Positions 60,150 through 64,000 of a stretch of 64,000 nucleotides of DNA are shown here, piece after piece. Where the stretch lies: contig CAVPLO010000004.1 in NCBI GenBank assembly GCA_963706265.1, forward strand, positions 1,171,458 to 1,235,457, given 5' to 3'. This DNA comes from an uncultured Alphaproteobacteria bacterium (GTDB lineage Bacteria; Pseudomonadota; Alphaproteobacteria; Rhizobiales; Xanthobacteraceae). The translations under genes and the position numbers were made by a program. Position 1 is the stretch's first letter. Each line of letters begins with the position of its first letter. The notes under the pieces were generated by a model, which did no database searches, was not told the DNA's origin, and saw only the letters and a list, made by a program, of their open reading frames with translations.

Positions 60150-61478
60150 TCAACGGTTCGCCTGCAGCGGCAACGGCTGATCGGCGAGCATTCCCTTGAT
60201 GACGACCTCGCGTGCCTTGGTCGCGTCGAGCGCATGGCGCGCGACCAGGTCGGCACAGTCGGCGACGATCTGGTCGGCGTCCTGCATCATCTTCAGCTCC
60301 TTGTAGCGATCGTGTTGCTTGAGCCCCATGCTTTCGCCGACCAGCTCAAGCAGGTTAACGATACGGAACGGCCAGTCGCGCTCGTGCGCGCACAATTCGC
60401 GATGTTCGGAATGGTAGATCGTCACGAGCGCGTCGACGTCGGCATCGCGCGCGGCCTGAAATTCGTTCAGCGTCAGCTCGCGCTTGAATTCGGGCAATAC
60501 GCTGAGATTGACGCCCTGCAGACCGAGCGCCGGCTGTTTCAGGTCGACGAGCGTGACGCCGGGAATGGTCTCCAGGATTTTCGTCGCAGCTTCCACCACG
60601 CCGGCGACGCCGGGATGGCGGTGCAGCGCGACGCGCATCGGCACGCGCTGGCGCAAATGCGCCGTGAGCTGGTCGAGCCGGCCCGCGAGAAAGCGCATGA
60701 ACGGCGTCATCTCGAAGGGCCGCCCGCCGCGCTGACGTTCGAGCGCGGGCAGGGTGGTTTCGGTGAACTGGACGTAGCAGCTCGGACACCAGGAAATGAC
60801 CTGTCCTGATTTCGAATGCGAGAGTTTCTCGATGCTGTTCGTTCCCATTCGTCCGGACATTTCGACATCGCCCGGCCGCATCTGCACGACGCCGCAGCAA
60901 TGACTTGGCCCGCCCATTACCTGATAGCCGATGCCGAGCGCATCCATGATGTCGAGGGCGAGTAGCGCGATATGCGGCGTCTTGAGCACGTTGCAGCCGG
61001 TGTAGAATACAAAGTCCGGCCGCTCGCTCGATGCACTGAGAGACGCCGATTTCTGGCCGAGCCGCGCCAGCACCTCATCATTGAGCTGAAGCTGCGAGAG
61101 CATGGCGACGTCGCGGCTGAGGTCGCGATATTTCTCCACGCCCTGGCGTCGTCGGGCCGGCAGGTCGTGGTTCGCCCTGGTGATCGCGACGCGCGCCATC
61201 GCCAGAAGAAACCGCGGGTTGACGCCTTCGTCGCAGGCCGTGATGCATTCGCCGCTGAGCGTGCAGGCCTGCGCCCATTTCCGCGAGGCATCCGGCCCGT
61301 GGCCGTCGCGAAGGATGTCGAGCATGCCGCCGATGACGTCCGCTGGCGCCGCATCGGCAAGGCCGGCCGGCTTCACGCTCGGACAGGCCTCGACGCACTT
61401 GCCGCAGCGGGTGCAGGCATCGACCATCTCGTCGACACGCGCCTGGACCGCGGCCTCAAAGGAGAGATCGGTGGACAT
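60150..61478 (-). CDS. Fe-S / CCG-domain protein (heterodisulfide reductase/GlcF-related)
   Basis: CTRCGKCVEACP, CTLSGECITAC, HCCG, WCPSC. Confidence 0.85.
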   Translation of the reverse strand: MSTDLSFEAAVQARVDEMVDACTRCGKCVEACPSVKPAGLADAAPADVIGGMLDILRDGHGPDASRKWAQACTLSGECITACDEGVNPRFLLAMARVAITRANHDLPARRRQGVEKYRDLSRDVAMLSQLQLNDEVLARLGQKSASLSASSERPDFVFYTGCNVLKTPHIALLALDIMDALGIGYQVMGGPSHCCGVVQMRPGDVEMSGRMGTNSIEKLSHSKSGQVISWCPSCYVQFTETTLPALERQRGGRPFEMTPFMRFLAGRLDQLTAHLRQRVPMRVALHRHPGVAGVVEAATKILETIPGVTLVDLKQPALGLQGVNLSVLPEFKRELTLNEFQAARDADVDALVTIYHSEHRELCAHERDWPFRIVNLLELVGESMGLKQHDRYKELKMMQDADQIVADCADLVARHALDATKAREVVIKGMLADQPLPLQANR

Positions 61479-61606
61479 GGGCGTCCTCTCGCCGGGGTTC
61501 GATTGCGCGGCGATTATCTGGGCCGTGCGCGACAAGCGTAGACCATGCCGATGCCCGCGCAACCCAAATTCAGGGAAATTCGCCCATGACACGCGGCCCC
61601 GACAAT

Positions 61607-61909
61607 TCAGGATAGCTCCTCCCGGACCGTCCGCGCGGCGAGGTCGATCGTGAATCCGTCCGTTATCCTGGCCTTCGGCGTCAAGCCTTCCTGATAGGGC
61701 GCCGAGCAATAGGTGCCGACGATTTCGTCGGACGGTTTCTGCTTTGCTCTCAATTCCTGGGGGCGACCGGGCCTGAACTTGGGCGGTCGACAAGCCCTGA
61801 CAAGTTCGATCCGCTCGCGCGTTACGCAGCGGAGCCGCGGGAGCATTTCATCGCGGAAGGTGAATACCTGGCCGGCCAGGTCATCCACTTCGCTACCGAA
61901 AAATTTCAA
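61607..61909 (-). CDS. Possible hypothetical protein
   Basis: ORF only; no family features recognised. Confidence 0.25.
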   Translation of the reverse strand: MKFFGSEVDDLAGQVFTFRDEMLPRLRCVTRERIELVRACRPPKFRPGRPQELRAKQKPSDEIVGTYCSAPYQEGLTPKARITDGFTIDLAARTVREELS

Positions 61910-62012
61910 CGATTAGCAGAGTGCGATCACAACGTGTTGTCTCGTTGGGCGGTTCATCGAGGGTTCAGAAGGCATCAGCACAATCAGCGGTTGAAGCATC
62001 GGCTGTGACCTT

Positions 62013-62249
62013 ATGACCACAATGCATTATCATCGAGGCACGGGACCGGGACAGTCCGATGCGGACGCTGTCGCGGCCTATAAAAGAAATATGGCTTCCG
62101 TCGCCGCGCTGCATGCGCCGCTTGATTTCGTGGAGATCGCGAACTGGACGCCGCATCCTGCGAACGACCTGCCGCAGTCGGACCCCAATTCACTTACCGG
62201 CGTGCTGCATTACTACTATGCGACCTACCACGCTTCTGCCCGCAACTAA
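62013..62249 (+). pseudogene. C-terminal fragment homologous to the downstream secreted protein
   Basis: GTG..QSD...D.....W...P.N.LP...P..LT..L..Y aligns by eye with the end of 62302-63330. Confidence 0.55.
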
Positions 62250-62301
62250 GTCATCGAACAAAATTCTCTAAGCCCCGTCCAAAGAAATTCCGCCGACAAA
62301 C

Positions 62302-63330
62302 ATGAAAACACAAAAATCAAATCGCATGGCCGCGCGACGCTGGCTGATCATGGTTTGGCTTCTGGCGATCCTTTGGCCCCATGCCGCCGCGGCTGGTGGC
62401 GCTGAGGAGATTTGGCTATCAGGAGTGGCGCCGTTCTTGCGGCAGAAAATGTTCCAGGAGCCCAGCTCCAGCTCCGACTACCTTGATCTCTTTAAGCCCG
62501 ACGCTCCATGGCAGAAAACCTCGCAGCGGGTCAAAGTGTTCATGACCAATGGCGGCCTGATCCTGCGCGAGTCCGACGCCGTGCTACAGGCCGTGTTCGC
62601 CGACCTGAAGCGGCGGCACATCGCGCTCGCGATGGAGATGGGATTGGCGACCGCTCGTCAGGACAGCACTGGCCATCAGGCGTGTGGTGTCAATGTGGAA
62701 GGCATAACCACGCCTAACGCTACCAGGTTGCTCGCCGAGCGCATCAAGAAGAACGGTGGAGAGTTGCGTTATGTCGCCATGGATGAACCTCTCTTTTACG
62801 GGCACCATTTCAACGGCGCGAATGCGTGCCATTTCACGCTGAGCGAACTGGCAGACAGCATCGCGCCAAATGTCGCGGTGCTGCGCGAGCTATTCCCCTC
62901 TGTCGAGATAGGCGACGTCGAGCCCGTTGGCGCGGCGCAAAACGTGCCCGCTGACTGGGTCGACGAAATCGCCCAATGGACTCAAGTCTATCAGCAGGTC
63001 GTCGGACAGAAGCTGAGCTTCTTCCATGCCGACGTGGCATGGGCCAGCCCCTGGCAACAACAACTCGCCGCTGTCAAGCGCGTCGCGCATGAGCGTGGAT
63101 TGAAATTCGGCGTCATCTATGACGGCGGCGGCACTGGCAAGCAAGAGAACGACGAGCTATGGACGCGAGAAGCCATCGAGCGCTTCCGCATGGTTGAGTC
63201 GAATCCCTCGACGATTCCCGATCACGCCGTCTTTCAGACCTGGGCGCGATGGCCCCACAACATTTTGCCCGAAGACAAGCCGGGCACGATGACGTGGCTG
63301 GTCAATCAATACCTCAATTCGAAACACTGA
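62302..63330 (+). CDS. Secreted hypothetical protein, possible glycoside-hydrolase TIM barrel
   Basis: Signal peptide; YVAMDEP, IGDVEP, FFHADVAW. Confidence 0.7.
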   Translation: MKTQKSNRMAARRWLIMVWLLAILWPHAAAAGGAEEIWLSGVAPFLRQKMFQEPSSSSDYLDLFKPDAPWQKTSQRVKVFMTNGGLILRESDAVLQAVFADLKRRHIALAMEMGLATARQDSTGHQACGVNVEGITTPNATRLLAERIKKNGGELRYVAMDEPLFYGHHFNGANACHFTLSELADSIAPNVAVLRELFPSVEIGDVEPVGAAQNVPADWVDEIAQWTQVYQQVVGQKLSFFHADVAWASPWQQQLAAVKRVAHERGLKFGVIYDGGGTGKQENDELWTREAIERFRMVESNPSTIPDHAVFQTWARWPHNILPEDKPGTMTWLVNQYLNSKH

Positions 63331-63366
63331 ACCGCGCCGGGCGGCGAAGACAGGGGAGACGTGATC

Positions 63367-64000
63367 ATGAAAAGAATTTCCTGGACTGCAGCGGCGATGG
63401 TTTTGGCGCTGTCCTGGGCCGCTGCTGCACAATCGCCCGCGCACGCCGATGACACGACAGGTGCTGCCCCACCTGCGGCAACAGCATCCGAGACAATCAA
63501 CCTCTCGCATGATCTGGTGCGGCTCGGCATCGCCGCGAGCAATCTCCCGCCCGACAGTCCGAACACAGATGCGCGGCCGCTGTTCCAGGCGGCGATCGAA
63601 TACGCGAAGAGTCATCCAATTCATCGCATTACCGTTGACCACGGCGCCTATTACTTTCTCACGCCCGAGGACGCGGGCGCCTATCTGCGCCTCAAATCAT
63701 TGTCCGATCTCAGCGTCGATCTCGACAATTCAACGGTCCTTTTTGCCACCGCCGTCCTGCAAGGGTTTGCGGTCGTCAATTGCGAGCGCGTGACGCTAAC
63801 GCGGTTTCGCGCCGACTTCATCTCGCGGCCCTACACGCATGTGCAGTTGACCGCCGTCGATCCGGCCGCACGCCGGCTTTCCTACGCGCTGCTTCCGCAT
63901 TGGCCCGATCCGGCCGAATTCAATGGTCTCGCCCAAACCGCGGGTCCAACCAACCCGCTCAGCTTCTGGGCCCTTGATTTCCGCAACGGCGATATCCTGC
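63367..64000 (+). CDS. Secreted right-handed beta-helix-type protein (partial, runs off the right edge)
   Basis: MKRISW signal peptide; DARPLFQAAIEYA...ITVDHGAYYF resembles pectate-lyase-fold N-terminal caps; open to the window end. Confidence 0.65.
   Translation, partial: MKRISWTAAAMVLALSWAAAAQSPAHADDTTGAAPPAATASETINLSHDLVRLGIAASNLPPDSPNTDARPLFQAAIEYAKSHPIHRITVDHGAYYFLTPEDAGAYLRLKSLSDLSVDLDNSTVLFATAVLQGFAVVNCERVTLTRFRADFISRPYTHVQLTAVDPAARRLSYALLPHWPDPAEFNGLAQTAGPTNPLSFWALDFRNGDIL

Overview
GC-rich alphaproteobacterial chromosome segment; gene content and repeat families point to Bradyrhizobium or a relative (inference). It is mostly housekeeping: groES-groEL with three CIRCE-like boxes, usg, ABC exporters, glycosyltransferases, a GGDEF-EAL protein, gpt, amidohydrolases and the ATP-grasp/alpha-E/transglutaminase/Anbu system. 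The most unusual signal is non-coding: a family of ~168-169 bp CTAG-bounded 'twin bulged-hairpin' elements. They have a fixed geometry (10-bp basal stem, 3-nt bulge, 15-17-bp upper stem, 13-nt linker that can be a perfect IHF consensus) and covarying stems. They sit on TAG stop codons, chain into arrays through shared CTAGs, include one 169-bp identical inverted pair, and partition a ~6.3 kb accessory island that splits the Anbu operon into cassette-like modules. No cognate transposase or recombinase is visible in the window. Five gene-breaking frameshifts all fall at GAACTC (GANTC plus one base), so they are probably methylation-linked sequencing errors rather than pseudogenes. No rRNA, tRNA or CRISPR was seen. 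All product calls are by-eye motif recognition, not database results.
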